Shown piece by piece: positions 35,801-48,953 of a stretch of DNA of 64,000 nt. A program made the translations under genes and the position numbers. The stretch is from Azolla caroliniana. Its lineage: Eukaryota > Plantae > Polypodiophyta. The stretch's first letter is position 1. Each line of letters opens with the position of its first letter. The notes beneath the pieces were generated by a model, which was not told where the DNA came from, did no database searches, and was given only the letters and a program-made list of their open reading frames with translations. The stretch lies in the NCBI GenBank assembly GCA_043228905.1, contig JBHGNT010000011.1:2666001-2730000 (forward strand), read 5' to 3'.

Positions 35801-36829
35801 TCCAAGTTTTAATGGAGATTCATAAAGAAGTTGTTGGCTAAAACAGAATAATGATGGGACACAAAGGATCACCGGAGATGAATTGATTGAGCTTTACAAA
35901 TCCTTCATAGAGGAGTATCCGATTGTGTCAATAGAAGACCCATTTGATCAAGATGATTGGGAACACTATTCCAAGTTCACAGAGCAGATAGGTGAAAAAG
36001 TCCAGATTGTTGGAGATGACCTACTGGTCACTAACCCAACTGTACGCCCTCCTACTTCATTATTTCTTTGCATTTGTAGTATGTTTTTCTCTGATTCTAT
36101 ATGTAAACTTCCTGTTTCTTTTGCCACAGAGAGTAGGGAAGGCGATCAAAGATTTGTCATGTAATGCATTGCTTTTGAAGGTGAGCCTTGAGTTTTTTCA
36201 TCTCTTCAACAAGATTAGTGTAATGATCTCAATCTCTATATAGGTGAATCAAATTGGTTCAGTCACTGAGAGTATAGAAGCTGTGAAGATGGCCAAGAAG
36301 GCAGGGTGGGGAGTTATGACCAGTCATAGAAGTGGAGAGACTGAAGACACTTTCATTGCTGATTTAGCAGTGGGCCTTTCAACCGTAAGATTTTAGCATT
36401 CATTTATATGTTTGATATTATTGAGTTTGTGCATATCTCTTTTTAACCAACAACATTTGTGATATCCAGGGTCAAATTAAGACAGGCGCGCCTTGTAGAT
36501 CAGAGAGGCTTGCAAAATATAATCAGGTTTCCAATCTAGGCTTATGTTTGTTCCATGATGCTGTAGAATTTATGAGATTGTTAATTTTAAATTGATTTGT
36601 GAATGTCTTCAAGACGATTTTGAGAATGCATTTAGATTGAACTTACATCCTCTGAACTCCTTTGAACTCTATTGTCTGTAAGATGTCAGAATGCAATTTT
36701 GAGTTTTAGCTAGCATTAAACTTATTCCATAATTTATGGATTATATAGCTTCTTAGGATTGAAGAGGAGTTGGGGTCAGAAGCTGTTTATGCTGGGAGGA
36801 GTTTCAGGCAGCCAGTGGAACCTTATTGA
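32878..36829 (+). CDS. ENO2: Cytosolic enolase (LOS2/ENO2-type), 445 aa, 16 exons: 32878-32943, 33357-33420, 34078-34142, 34310-34357, 34539-34625, 34724-34804, 34941-35042, 35161-35241, 35321-35395, 35479-35541, 35624-35704, 35847-36041, 36130-36180, 36244-36384, 36470-36526, 36749-36829
   Basis: [22 protein letters not shown], plant-type EWGWCK insertion, [60 protein letters not shown]. All introns GT-AG; exons sum to 1338 nt. Confidence 0.98.
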
Positions 36830-37259
36830 AAAGGAATATTACTGACACAAGTAGCAAATTTGCTCATTAAAGAAAGGACGAACTCATCTGATGAGAACTA
36901 CAAATTTGCAAGTCTCTAATAATTCATGGGCCAGTTAGTATTAATATAGCTGCATGATTGTTAATAATCATAATGAGCCCATTATTATGGTATTAATAAA
37001 GATCTTAGTATTCATCCATTATGGAAATGCCCCCAATGTAAGATATTGTAGCCAGCTTTGCACCTCTTGGAGGCCCTCCGCTATTGGAATACATTTAAGA
37101 ATGCAATAAATTCCTTCTTTGAAAGATCTATTTGTATGTCTTTGCTTATATGACCAGATGTATATTACACACTCCTCGTACCCTAATTGACATTCTCATC
37201 AAGAAAATGATACTGTTTGAAACTTACCTTTTCTTACCAATATAATATTTCTGAATGAG

Positions 37260-37800
37260 ATATTTTTGTTACCATTCATCAGTAAACCTTCATGCACCAC
37301 TTAACAAATTTGAAAGGTAACATATTCATTATCAGGATCTGATGTTTTTGTTATCATTCATCAATAAACAATAATGTAGGACATTATGCAAGATGAAAAG
37401 TTTACTGTAAATATGAACATAGACATGGACGTGTCATGTCCTTGTATCACATGGTACCTACCCAGCAAAGTGCATGAGCATGAGAGATCTATATTTTGGT
37501 GGGCTAACCAGGTGGCATTTTGTTCATCATCAATAAACAATCATCTGGGATATTGCTCATAAGAAAAAGACAGTAAATATGAACATGCACTTGACATGCA
37601 TAGACTTGTCACATCACATTGTGCCCAACCAAGTGTATGAGTGTGAGATCTATATTTGGGTGGATCAAGTGGGTGGCATTTTGTTATAGTTCATCGATAA
37701 ACAATTCTGTGGGACATTACTCGGCACTAGTTGACACATGTGTTGCAACACATGGTACTGAACAAATGCATGAGCATCGGATGTATATTTGAGCCTTCCA
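37260..37800. repeat. Degenerate ~165-bp tandem repeat between convergent genes
   Basis: TTTTGTT..TTCATC(A/G)(A/G)TAAAC core at ~37265, 37346, 37518 and 37679; TAAATATGAACAT and GAGATCTATAT also recur. Confidence 0.7.
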
Positions 37801-38797
37801 AACTGGATCATGTTAAAATAACAGTATCAGAACATGTAAGTCAATTATAAACACTTTGCTTCAAAGCATGCATGGTTAATACTACGTCAAGAGATTTTTG
37901 CCACCTAAATTTTAGAGCTATTGAGCTATAGAATGCGGAGACTTTTGCAAATATAAACAGGAAAGCACTGTGAACCAAGATTTGGCTGTATCAAAGAAAA
38001 CAAAAACAAACAGTTTGTCTCAATAATAAATTCTGTGTTTCTAATTCCTCTGTAGCCTATATTGTGGCCCTCACGGCTGCTCAACTATCATCTCTTTCAA
38101 CCAAAACCTAAAACGACATTCCATTTCTTAGAACATTGCTCTTCCGTCTAGCAAGAGGCCTGGACACATTCCATCTCTCTTTGTCATAAGCAGGCTGATC
38201 ACAGATCTTTGGACACTTTTAACGTCATGATTCTTATCAAAGCTCTTTTAGACTACATTATGATTCAGATTTTTAACTTCCTGATTTCAATCACCTCTCA
38301 CAAGAACTAGATCAAGATTTTGGCAAATCTTTGGATTTTTAAACTTTTTTATTTTAATCTGACCTCACAAGACTATGTTAATGTGATGCAAAAAAGGAAA
38401 TTTGGTTTGTGCAAAATAATGAAAATACCACTCAATGCAGTAACTATAGCAGGGGAAATGGTCAATGGAAATATCTGGAAAGCGGAGAAAGAAATGGAAG
38501 AAAGGATTCGTCTTAACTGGATTCAAACATATTAGATTTCAAATGTAGGCAACGAGTAGTTAACCTTCTCATCTTTGATGGGTCAAGAGTGATTCACATC
38601 CAGAAATAAATTTTAGAGACAGGCTATTAATATTCAAAGCCTGTGACAAATCATTTGCTGAAAAACAACAAAATTGTTTCATTGAATGGCTTGTAAAAGA
38701 ACACGCATTCATACAAGATAACTTTGCACTCACACAATGAAGCCATTTCAACTTCCATATATTACAGAATAGGTACTAAAACCTTGACTAAATTGAA

Positions 38798-41700
38798 TCA
38801 GCTGAAAGATGTATCCATTGGTAGCAAAAGGCCAATCAAGCCATTATTTGGCTGGTGTGGTAGAGCTAGCATATCACATATTTCACGAGACCAGGGAAGA
38901 ATGAACAGGATACGAGCAGAAATTTTTCCAGTCTCAGGAATCATCACCACACCTGCACGATCTCTTTGCCGTAGGTAAGATTCAAATTGTTGAAACTGCA
39001 ATTAAACCATAAAATGTGTTAAGAGCCCCCTTCTCTTGCTCATGGATTCAAGTCCTCACTCTAAGGGGGGGCTAACTGGACTCAGCCAAAAACTGCCCTC
39101 TGCTCTTGAAACTGCATCTTAAACGAGTATGGATAACCTGAAGCTACTCATATTTATAATCACAGATTATCGCAAAGGTCAATTTCAGCTTCTTAGTAAA
39201 TGTTATACATTCTTTCTTTCCATCTTTCAATAATCCCAATCTTATCTTTAGTTAAAACCTCAAAGGGTATATTTCCCATGTGTCAGGATTCAGACTACAT
39301 ATGGTAGAAAGAAAGAAAGAAAGAAAGAAAAAAAGATATATCAATATCAACGTCTTATAAGACCAGAATTGGCCCATGAGACAATTCGTTTACAACAAAA
39401 ATGGGGTATTTACCCATTCATTGAAAGTAAAAATAAAATAAAATGAACCTCAAACTGACCCTGAAATACATATTAACTTATTTAGGTTGACCATTACGTG
39501 TAGATGGCAAGAAAGACGTGAGCAGACATATTACGTTTAGAGCACATGCCTAAATGAACCTAAAACTGACCCTGAAATACATATTAACTTATTTAGGTTA
39601 ACCATTACGTGTAGATAGCAAGAAAGACGCGAGCAGCCACTCTATATTGTTATATTCTACTTCCCTCCCAGCCTAAACCCTAGACTCTTTAGCCAAGATG
39701 TGGCATGTTGACAGTTGTTTCAATAGATTGACAGAGGCGGGCATTATAGCTAAGGACCAGGAGATTGTTGAGTAATTAAACAAGGATGAGGACTTTGATT
39801 TAAGTTTTTGTGTTTCGCAGGTAATCAAACTTTTCCATAGTAGTATACAGTATTTCCCAGAATTGCTCAATCAGTCTTAAACAACTCTACACAGATGCCA
39901 GATTATGGACTCACCCCTTGATGATTATTGCTTCCTGGGCATACAGACAACCGGAACACCTGCCTCTGCTCATTAGAAAAAGGAAACTTTTATTAGTACA
40001 TTAAGTGAACGTCATTTAGAAGATCACGCGTTATTAATGTAAGCTTTCCAATAAAAACGAGGATAGTCTACCACCATCAGGCACCCAGGCAATGCTAAAA
40101 AACCAATGAAAAATTCCATATAACAAAATTCACACTGACCAAATACTCAAGTAGCATATGTGGTCTAAAACATGTCAGCCTATTCCGGGCTAACAAATTC
40201 AGTGTAGATGAATGACATGAGAAAAGGAAATGAAATGACAGTTACCGATGAGACCAAAAATCTTGTAAAATAAAGCAAAATCAAATTGTACCTAAACTCT
40301 CTATAAGTTGTACCTAAACCGGAGACACTCTATATATGCACATCTCTAGTATAAAAGCCCAAACATATCTGCTCATAGAAGTTCATCACGAAGGAGAAGG
40401 ATCCAAATCATTCCCTAAAGAGGCAATCATTCTAGACCTCATCATTACAAGAGGACTCTCCATTGATCTTCAACCATTGGAGATGCCTCAAGATGGCCAT
40501 GAGCACATAGACCTAGTGATGCAAACACCCTTAGTAAGCCATGGCTGTGGAGCTACTTCCATGCAGAATATTGGTCCTGTGAAAAAATGAGTTTATGTAA
40601 TTCAACCCTCCTATCCATACATGCACAACATATTGTTACTGCCTGATCTGAATCTCAAACACAGGCCACTCCAATATGATGAGATCTCCGAAGTGGGAGA
40701 AGCCACTTTTGTGTTGGGTGATAATGGCCTTTATTTGTCAATAAAAAGATGCCATGTCCTTAGTCCAGATTGCCATGGCCACATACACAACACCACCTTC
40801 CGAGTTTCATAGTCGAGGCCCCTTGTTTAGCCCTTGATGGACCTATACCATGATGAGGAGTGATAGAGCTAAAGAAATTCATAATGGTTCTTTGTCAATG
40901 ATTTGTTATGGTTGTCTTGTTGTCTTGCTGTCCTTCAATAACTATCCAATATGACGAAATCTCTGAAGTGGGAGAAGCCCCTTTGGTGTTGCATAATAAT
41001 AACCTTTATTTGTCAAACAAGGACAACAAAATCATGGTCCGTTGTTTAGCCTTTGATTAACCTATATCATGACCAGGAGTGCTGGAGCTGCAAAAAGTTA
41101 TGATGATTCTTTGTTGATGAGATGTTGTGGTTGTATTCTTGTCCTTCAGTAACTTCTGTCCGAATCCTGAGTTCTAGCAAAAACAGTTCCATACCATGAC
41201 CAGGAGTGCGGGAGCTGCAAAAAGTCATGAAGATTCTTTGTTGATGAGATGTTGTGGTTGTATTGTTGTCCTTTTCAGTAATTTCTGTCTAACTCCTGAG
41301 TTCTAACAAAAACAGTTCCATACCATGACCAGGAGTGATGAAGCTGCAATAATTCATGATGATTCTTTGTTGATGAGACGTTGTGGTTGTTTTGTAGTCT
41401 TCAGTAACTTCTGTCTGACTCTCAAGTTCTAGTGCATAGTGGGCCTTCCTAAAGCCTTAAAATATTTCACAAAAAATAACACAATTGGCAGATCCATTCT
41501 TCCATAGATTTGCATGTATATCTGTCTATCTCAGTTTCTAACTAATATTAAGAGAACTTGAGCTCCCCTATCACATTGCAAAGCGCTCGAGATATGTGCA
41601 TCTATATAAGAAGGTTTGATGATAAACCCATCCTGCAGTGTGTGCAAAAACAATTCCTTATAGTGAACCATCATCCTACCAAGAGATGTTTGGATCACTG

Positions 41701-44700
41701 TATTCTTTTCCACTTTGTGTCATCTTTTGATGTGCACAATTAAAACTATATTGCAATAGGGTAGTGCAAATACACTTCTGCCATGCAATTGGCATCATTC
41801 TTGCATTGTAGCATATCAACATCGAATATCTCCATGTTCCACGAGTTTTGTGACATAGGCGCCAATCTTGAGTTCCTTTGCTTAGAGAGCTCCTAAATTT
41901 GTTGAACGCCAATCGTTCATTGGCATAATGGCTTAGTCTCTATTGGATCTACTCCAATCACTGCTTGTATTATATCATGAGCATCAATCCTTTGTTCCTT
42001 GTTGTGCGGTCAATCGTCTAGACAAAAGGTATCCAAATCTGTCCAACTTTTCACCTTATGAAGGCTCAGTCCCGAAATTTCTACTCCACAAAGAAGAGTC
42101 GGTGATAAAAGCATATCGAGCAACCACAATTTAGTTTGTGGCTCTTCAAATTGTAAATATGCGCACTGTCTTTTAATGGCACCAAGGGCTGCATATGCAC
42201 AAGACAGTTGAGCACAAGAAGCATCTTGCAGGGAGAACCTAGCCCTGTGAATGTTACTCCTAGATATGTTTCCTCTACCAAGAAGAATTCCGGTTCTCAT
42301 CTTGTTATCAGTGTTAAACATCAACAATTTAGTTTGATCAAGGTTGACCGATAAATCTTTGCCTATACAAAATAACTTCAACGCATTTTGATGTCTTTGT
42401 AGTCTCTCTTGAGTATCTCAGAGATCAACATATCATCAGCATATAGCAATATCAGTATGGCCACCACTACTAACCATGCTCCTGAACTAGCCAATCTCTC
42501 TGTAACATTACATATTTCATCTATATAAAAACCTGATAGTGGGCATCCTTGTTTTACTCCAACCATACAAGCCACAGCCTCCAACAGGCTAAAAAGAGTG
42601 CACTTTTCCTGAGACTGATTCACACAATTCCCCATTGCGTAACAATTAGGACTCCAAGGGCTTCTAATTGCTACATTAGCTGAGGACGTGATACAATGTA
42701 GATTCTTGCTTTATGGACTCTTCATCCTGAACAAGGGTTCAGAGGTTCAATGTGTGATCAAAAGTTGTGAACTCCTTTTGAAACCCAACCTGTCTCGCTG
42801 AACAGCAGCCATTTCTCTCTACCCTTAGTATCAATCCTGACTCTAGGATCAAACCATATAGTTTAGCCAAGTAATAGCTAATAATTGAAGTCCTATGATT
42901 GTTAAGTATCATGAGATCTCTGCCCTTAAAGATCAGTACATTGATATGTCCTGACCATAGATTCAAATATTTGTATTCATCAACATATTCGCCTTCGAGA
43001 ATATTCATAATATTCGCAAAAAATAAAGGCATGAAGAATGGGAAAAAAAACATCTGTTTTGTGAAATATGTTTTAATAAAAAATAAAGATAAATAGTAAA
43101 ATAAGTTGAGTCCAGTAGAAGTGCAATAAATTAATGTTAGAAGTAAGTTCAAGATGGGGCCTGAACTCATGAATTTCAACTTATAAGACCCAATGCTCAA
43201 ACCAACCGAGCTCTAACCAACCTTTGACTTATAAGACCAATGCTCAAAGCAATGTCAAAAAGTAGAGCTAATATTTCTATAAATATTCACACTTGTATGT
43301 ATTCGTGAGGCAATCGTGAAAAATGCCTCATGAATGCAAATTTTTCAATCTATGGTTCTGCCCATCTAGTAGAGAAGCCTTCACACATAGCTCTATTAAA
43401 GATGTATCTAAGAAGCAGGACCTATGTATCACAGGCATAGATCAAATGCTCACCAACCAACCCTTCGTGACCTTCCACATTTCCAAATTGTGTGTAAGAA
43501 AGCAAGAAATACCTGGTTCCTTGAAGTGTTCTGAAATGAATATTTCACAGATCGAAAGTCTGCCCTTTTCGTTACATCCAGCTTGTTAGGCCATCTGAAA
43601 CAAAATTAACAAAAATATAGTGTCAATGTCTGGCAATAAATAGAGGTAGCATTCATAACAATACAATCTACTCACCCGCCAAGTTCATGAAAACCTTCAT
43701 ACAGACAAACACCTGAATCTTGCAAATGAGCTAGCACTTCACAATATTGGTAACCACTTTTACACAAAGGTCCTCTCCAAAAATGTTGCTTAACAATGCC
43801 TTGTCCATCAATTTTCAATGATTCTGGAGGTGGCGAAGATGGGAGTGGTGGCAAATTATATGGAGGAGGGGGAGGGGGAGGGGGCGATAGTGGTGGTGGT
43901 GGTGGAGGTGGGGCCTCTAAAGGAGGTGGTGGTGGTGGCGAGACAGGTGGCAATGGAGGATATGGTGGGTGAATCTTATCAAATGAGTGAGACACCACAC
44001 CATTTGAAAATCGTTGGAGTATGGGTGTAACCGGTGACTGTAAATTTGGGCCTGAATTGCATGCCATTGGTAAAGAACTGTTCAATGTTGGATCAGTCAA
44101 AGAAGACATCAAGCCTTGTGTAGTCCATGCACCAGATGATGGATGCCTATCTAAATTCATTTGTGGATGATTCATGTGCATCGACAATGGTACCTGTGGG
44201 GCAGTTGACTCTAAAGAATGATGATCAACTGCTCTTGAACCACCATGCCACGTATGAGCATTACCCTGAGGAGTGCCTGGGCTGTCCATTCCAGAAGGTG
44301 TAAAGCCTGGACTAGCTCTAAAGCCACTTGGTGAGTTATATTTCCCCATCATTGATTCTGGTTTTGGTATTCCATCATTCATTTCCATGGAGCTGTCATA
44401 ATGACTTGCAGCTGATCTGCCAAATCTATATCTACTATCATCTCTTAGTCCTCCAAAGCGAGATGGTCCCCATCCAGGCTGAAGAGAACTCTTCCCATGC
44501 ATGAAGTTAAGCTTTGGATCATCTTGTTCAATTGAACCTGAAGAACGTAGACCTCTTTCCCAATCTTGATCTTTCTCCCAAACGGATCTGAAATCCTCGT
44601 GCGGTGTTACAACAGTATGGGCATAATCATTGTGCTGCCCTGAATAGGGCGAGCTGCTGTGAGAAAAATACCACCTTACATTAGTATATTGAGCAGTAAA

Positions 44701-47700
44701 CAATATTGTTAAAAGCAAACAATCATAAACAGTAATCTTTCAGCAGAAAGAATACCTATACTCAATTCGAGTTCCAGGATCCAGGTAGCCGAAACAGTTC
44801 TGAAGGGCATTGGCAGCCGCTTCTACAGAATCAAACTCTACAAATCTACTCAAACCTCGACTACCCATACTACCTACTTTGGTCACAACTCCGACACCTT
44901 TACAAGACAGATTGAAAATAGTCCTCAATTCCGCATCAGTAGGAAGCTTCTGCAATATATAGTCAGGAAATCCCACCAAAAGAGTGTTAGTAGGCAATCT
45001 TTCAGAATCCCTTCCACTTCTCAATGGTGGACCCCTTGTGCGGAAACCTAATGGAGTGCTTGTATGAGGACTGTTGTGAGCGCCTCTTCCCAAACTGCTG
45101 CTTATTGTTGTAGGTTGCTGTGAGCGCAGATTATGCCAGTAATTGGAATTATTTGCAGGGGAACTAAACCCTGCAGACCCAGAAGGATTGGCTACTGCAG
45201 CACTTCTGTGTGTATTCCTATATTCTACTTGGATATGTTGTGCCCCAAACCGCGCACCATTTAGTTTAGCCTTGGCAAACGCAGCTGATTCTGGAGATCT
45301 GTAATCGATGATACAACATCCATTCTGACGAAAAGATTTCCATCCAGTCAACTCACCAAACTCTTGAAATGCAGAGATTAAATCTTGTTCTGATACAACT
45401 GGATCAATATGACCTACCCAGAGTTGTCGACTGCTACTACTTGCCGACTCATTATGAGAATTTCCCGGAAACGAGCTTTTCTCATTGTGTTTTATTGGTG
45501 CAGGTAGAGAGCTATTCTCTCTACGCCTCTGTCTGATATGCAGCATTGCAGCTGCAGCTTCCTCAGGAGCATCAAACTCCAAAAGCAAAGCCCGAGCACT
45601 CATTAGAACACAAACCGAATGTGGACTCTTCAAGGATGCTAACACAATATCTTTCAAAATATCATCTTTAGCACTCAAACTATACACGCCCCCAATGTAT
45701 ACATGGCAGCTACCACCAACAGCCACTCCACCAATAGCGCCTCTGCTACCCAGCCCTACATCCAGAAACTTTATCTTCAATGGTGTTAACCATGGCATAG
45801 CACCCTGCAAAACTTCACGAGCTTTCACGGCATCATTCACACTCTTATACTCCACCAGTCCAAAATCTTGCCCAGGAAAAAGTGACAATGACTCGAGTGG
45901 TCCAAATTTCTCAAACTCATATTTCAGAAGGCTCTCAGTGACACCATGCCCCAAGCAACCAACCCACAGTTGTTTCGATGCAGCAAAAACATCCAAAGCT
46001 GCAGGATCACCATCTGAATACCATTGCACCTGCCGTTGGCTCAGGGAACCATCCTGTGTTCTGCCTGTAGAAAAACCTCTTGGTGATGGGAGATATCCCA
46101 CCAATGAGCCACTTAAGTCATTACCATGTTCAGCTAAAGGAAATGAACTGGCCTTCCGATCATTATCATGGGGTGAACTTTGTCCATAATCCTGACTGTC
46201 CATGCTCCCAATGGCTCCCTTTGACACAGTAAATGATGTGGGTGAATCCCTCGGTTTTGAGTACACCAATGACTGGTTTAAGGATCTCAATGATCCATGT
46301 TCTGCATCGTGACTACAAACATCTGAGCCAGAAGAGTGCTTGGGCAGCTTTGAATCAGTCTGATAAACATTGTGGGTCCCCGAATCATTGATAGAGTTCG
46401 TGCCAATATGAGAATCCATCAAGTCTTTTAAATGATTACACTCAATGCGTAAAGACTCATCTCCCGGAGGATCTAACTTATGAGAATCACCTACTGGAGC
46501 CCAAGTGTCATTGTGACATAAAGGAGAAGATATAGATTCAGTACCAGGACCTGAGACTGCTCCCGAATGTGATGTACTTTTCACAGCCAAAGGTGAATCT
46601 TCTTGCTCCTGTGTAGAGTGAATCTCTTCCTTCACTACTGGCTCTTCAGCAGCTGGAATAATTTCTGGTGCTTCAGGTTCTTCAACATACAAAGGATCTA
46701 AATCAGAATCTTTGAAAGTACTTGATGACTTAATAAGTTGGGTGAGCAATGGCATAGATTCTGCCAAGACCTCAGGGCTTACTGAATTACAGAATTTTCG
46801 AAAAGTTGAGACAAGCCATCTCTCCAAGTCTACCTTTGAATAAACCACCTGCAGATTCACAAAAATGCATTAGATCTTTAATATCTATGACACAGACTCC
46901 TAACTCTACTACAGCAATCAAGCTATAGATGATGAACAGATTCAAAACCTTTGCCAAACACATTTGAGTTGAGTTCTTACTCATGCTCAATAACCCTTTT
47001 GCATCAATGGGATATATGGCTTACAGCTATCATATCTATATATATATATATGAGCATAACATCCACAGATGTCAATGAGTTGCAAAAAGAAAGATAAAGC
47101 ATATAGCCACAATGATAGTATACCTGTGACAGCAAACTGTCCATATTGTTTTTTTGCTCCTCATCACAATTTCCGTCTTTATCTTGTTTATCGCAACATT
47201 GCTCCTTGTCATAAATCTTCGTGACACCATCCATGAGCTGCTGCAAAAAATTCTGCCCTTCCTTCCGTTGATTCTCATTTCGGGCACCCAAAAGCTCAAA
47301 ACAAGCAGAAAATACACTTTGAGGATTTATGTGAAACAGTCTCACAATATTGATGGAAATTAATGTTATTATTTTCTCCTGTGCAGATACTGATGACTCT
47401 AAACAAATAGACACTTGTCTCTTATATTCAGATAAAGCAAACTTTTGAAGATCCCGTCCCTCCAACCGGCAAAGCATGTAGAAAGCTAGATTCTGACACA
47501 CTGCAATAGACATGTCTGAAATTTCTGGGACTTCAGAAGCAGCAGTAATTGCTGCAGAGGACAATTCCACTATCCCTGATAAACATGCCTCTGCAGTTTT
47601 GAAAGAAACGCCATCAAAATCTTCACCTTGCAAAACAACATCCTCGCTCCATTCCAATATTTGTATCATTACATTGGATGCCATGTCAATTGAGCCAGGA

Positions 47701-48953
47701 CAAAATACTGCATAACGTGGGATAATACCAGCAGCAATTCTTTGAACACTAGGACAACCTATAAAATACATGAACTCTCTCTCTCTCACTCTCACTCTCT
47801 CTATCTCTCTCTCATATTATTAGTTCCCTCCCTCTATCTTGGCTAAGGAATCCTTATGAACAATCCTTCATGGATTTCCGCAATCATTCAGCATGCTACA
47901 TGACTATGATTAAAGTTGTTACTACTTTATGCTTCCCAGCTTAATTTTTACATATACCATTTGTTGTGGGCATCATTGAGCATCTACTTAACACATCTTG
48001 AATGTATAAACATCTTTGCATATAAATTCAAGTGCAGTAAATAAAACAATTTCAAACTCAAGGGGAATGACTAGTGTGATTTGCAACATGCAATGAAATC
48101 ATCAATGGTAGAAATCTAGATCAATAGCAAAGATCTATTTCAAATACAGAGTAAAAACGAATACACCTTCATAGAAAATTTAAGGGTAGTTTCCAACGCA
48201 TCATGCATAGATTATAAGAAAGCAATCTAGACACTTGCTTTAATAGCAAATAAGTTTTCCAGAATCCAAACTAGTGCTAGAGCAAATTAAAGGCCTTTTC
48301 TTTCACCCTCGGGTAGATTTTCAGAAAACTATAACTTCTACACCATATCGAACAATACATATTTGAGAAAGTGTGCACGTGTGGAAAGCTCTTACATTCG
48401 TTGTTCAAGCTTCTGTCTAGTATACACGTAAGACCTAAGACCAAATTCCTCCTTGTTTTATCTAGGATACAAAATTAAGACCTAATTCTAAACATATCAA
48501 TTGTCAACTTTATTCCTTTTTTATGTACTTCAAAAGTTAAATTTATGATTAATCCTATACAAACATATTGGCAGCTTCATCATCGAACTTATCTAATATA
48601 CAAACATAACCGTAAGATCTAATTCTAATGTACGTCGAGAAATACATTCAGTAAAGAAAAAAGGTTACTTGAGTACCTGTAGAAAGGTTGAGGATGGAGC
48701 AGTAGGCTTCTTCGAGTTCCGGATCGGATACCGGACCAGGATTTCGATTCCGTCCCGAGCAAAACTTGAGCCTGCGATACGTCTTGTAGAAAGCTCCAAT
48801 CTCGTCCCTGTTCATCTTCTTCCGCAGCTTCTGCTCTTCCGACAAGGAGGCGGACGGGGAGAGCTCCTCCGTGCGTTGAGAAGAGGGGTGTGCAGCGGTG
48901 CTTGCGGCGTCATCGTAATGCTTCCGCTTCTTCAAGGGAGGCTCGATGGCCAT
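38798..48953 (-). CDS. RRM- and SPOC-domain (Spen/FPA-like, At1g27750-type) RNA-binding protein, ~1438 aa, 7 exons: 48677-48953, 47124-47758, 44756-46848, 43676-44656, 43513-43594, 39915-39965, 38798-38995
   Basis: N-terminal PPLKKRK NLS; RRMs (QLWVGCLG..FEKFGPLE, HVYIGG, QLWVGHID..FGEL); polyproline tract; SPOC WRGPLCKSG..WPNKLDVTKRADF..FESYLRQRDRAGVV..ARILFILP. GT-AG sites are phase-consistent and exons total 4317 nt. Confidence 0.9.
39441..39636. repeat. ~112-bp tandem duplication in intron 6
   Basis: AAATGAACCT(C/A)AAACTGACCCTGAAATACATATTAAC at ~39441 and ~39553. Confidence 0.9.
40330..42960 (-). mobile_element. 5'-truncated degenerate LINE in intron 5, with internal tandem repeats (40660-41430)
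   Basis: QVGFQKEFTTFDH, GVKQGCPLS, LLYADD, VNLDQTK, PTLLCGVEI; homologous to 61190-62330. Confidence 0.85.
43146..43218 (-). pseudogene. Decayed tRNA-Ile(UAU)-derived sequence (tRNA pseudogene or SINE head)
   Basis: Minus strand AGCTCGGTTGGTTTGAGCATTGGGTCTTATAAGTTGAAATTCATGAGTTCAGGCCCC aligns to plant tRNA-Ile(UAU) as recalled, mostly by C>T/G>A changes; partial duplicate at 43227-43248. Confidence 0.65.

Noticed and set aside
36883-36920. CTGATGAG motif in the enolase 3' UTR as a ribozyme or snoRNA C box
   Set aside because: No GAAA core or matching D box with terminal stem.
45485-46189. 234-aa + strand ORF
   Set aside because: Antisense shadow of the RRM exon, with no recognisable motifs.
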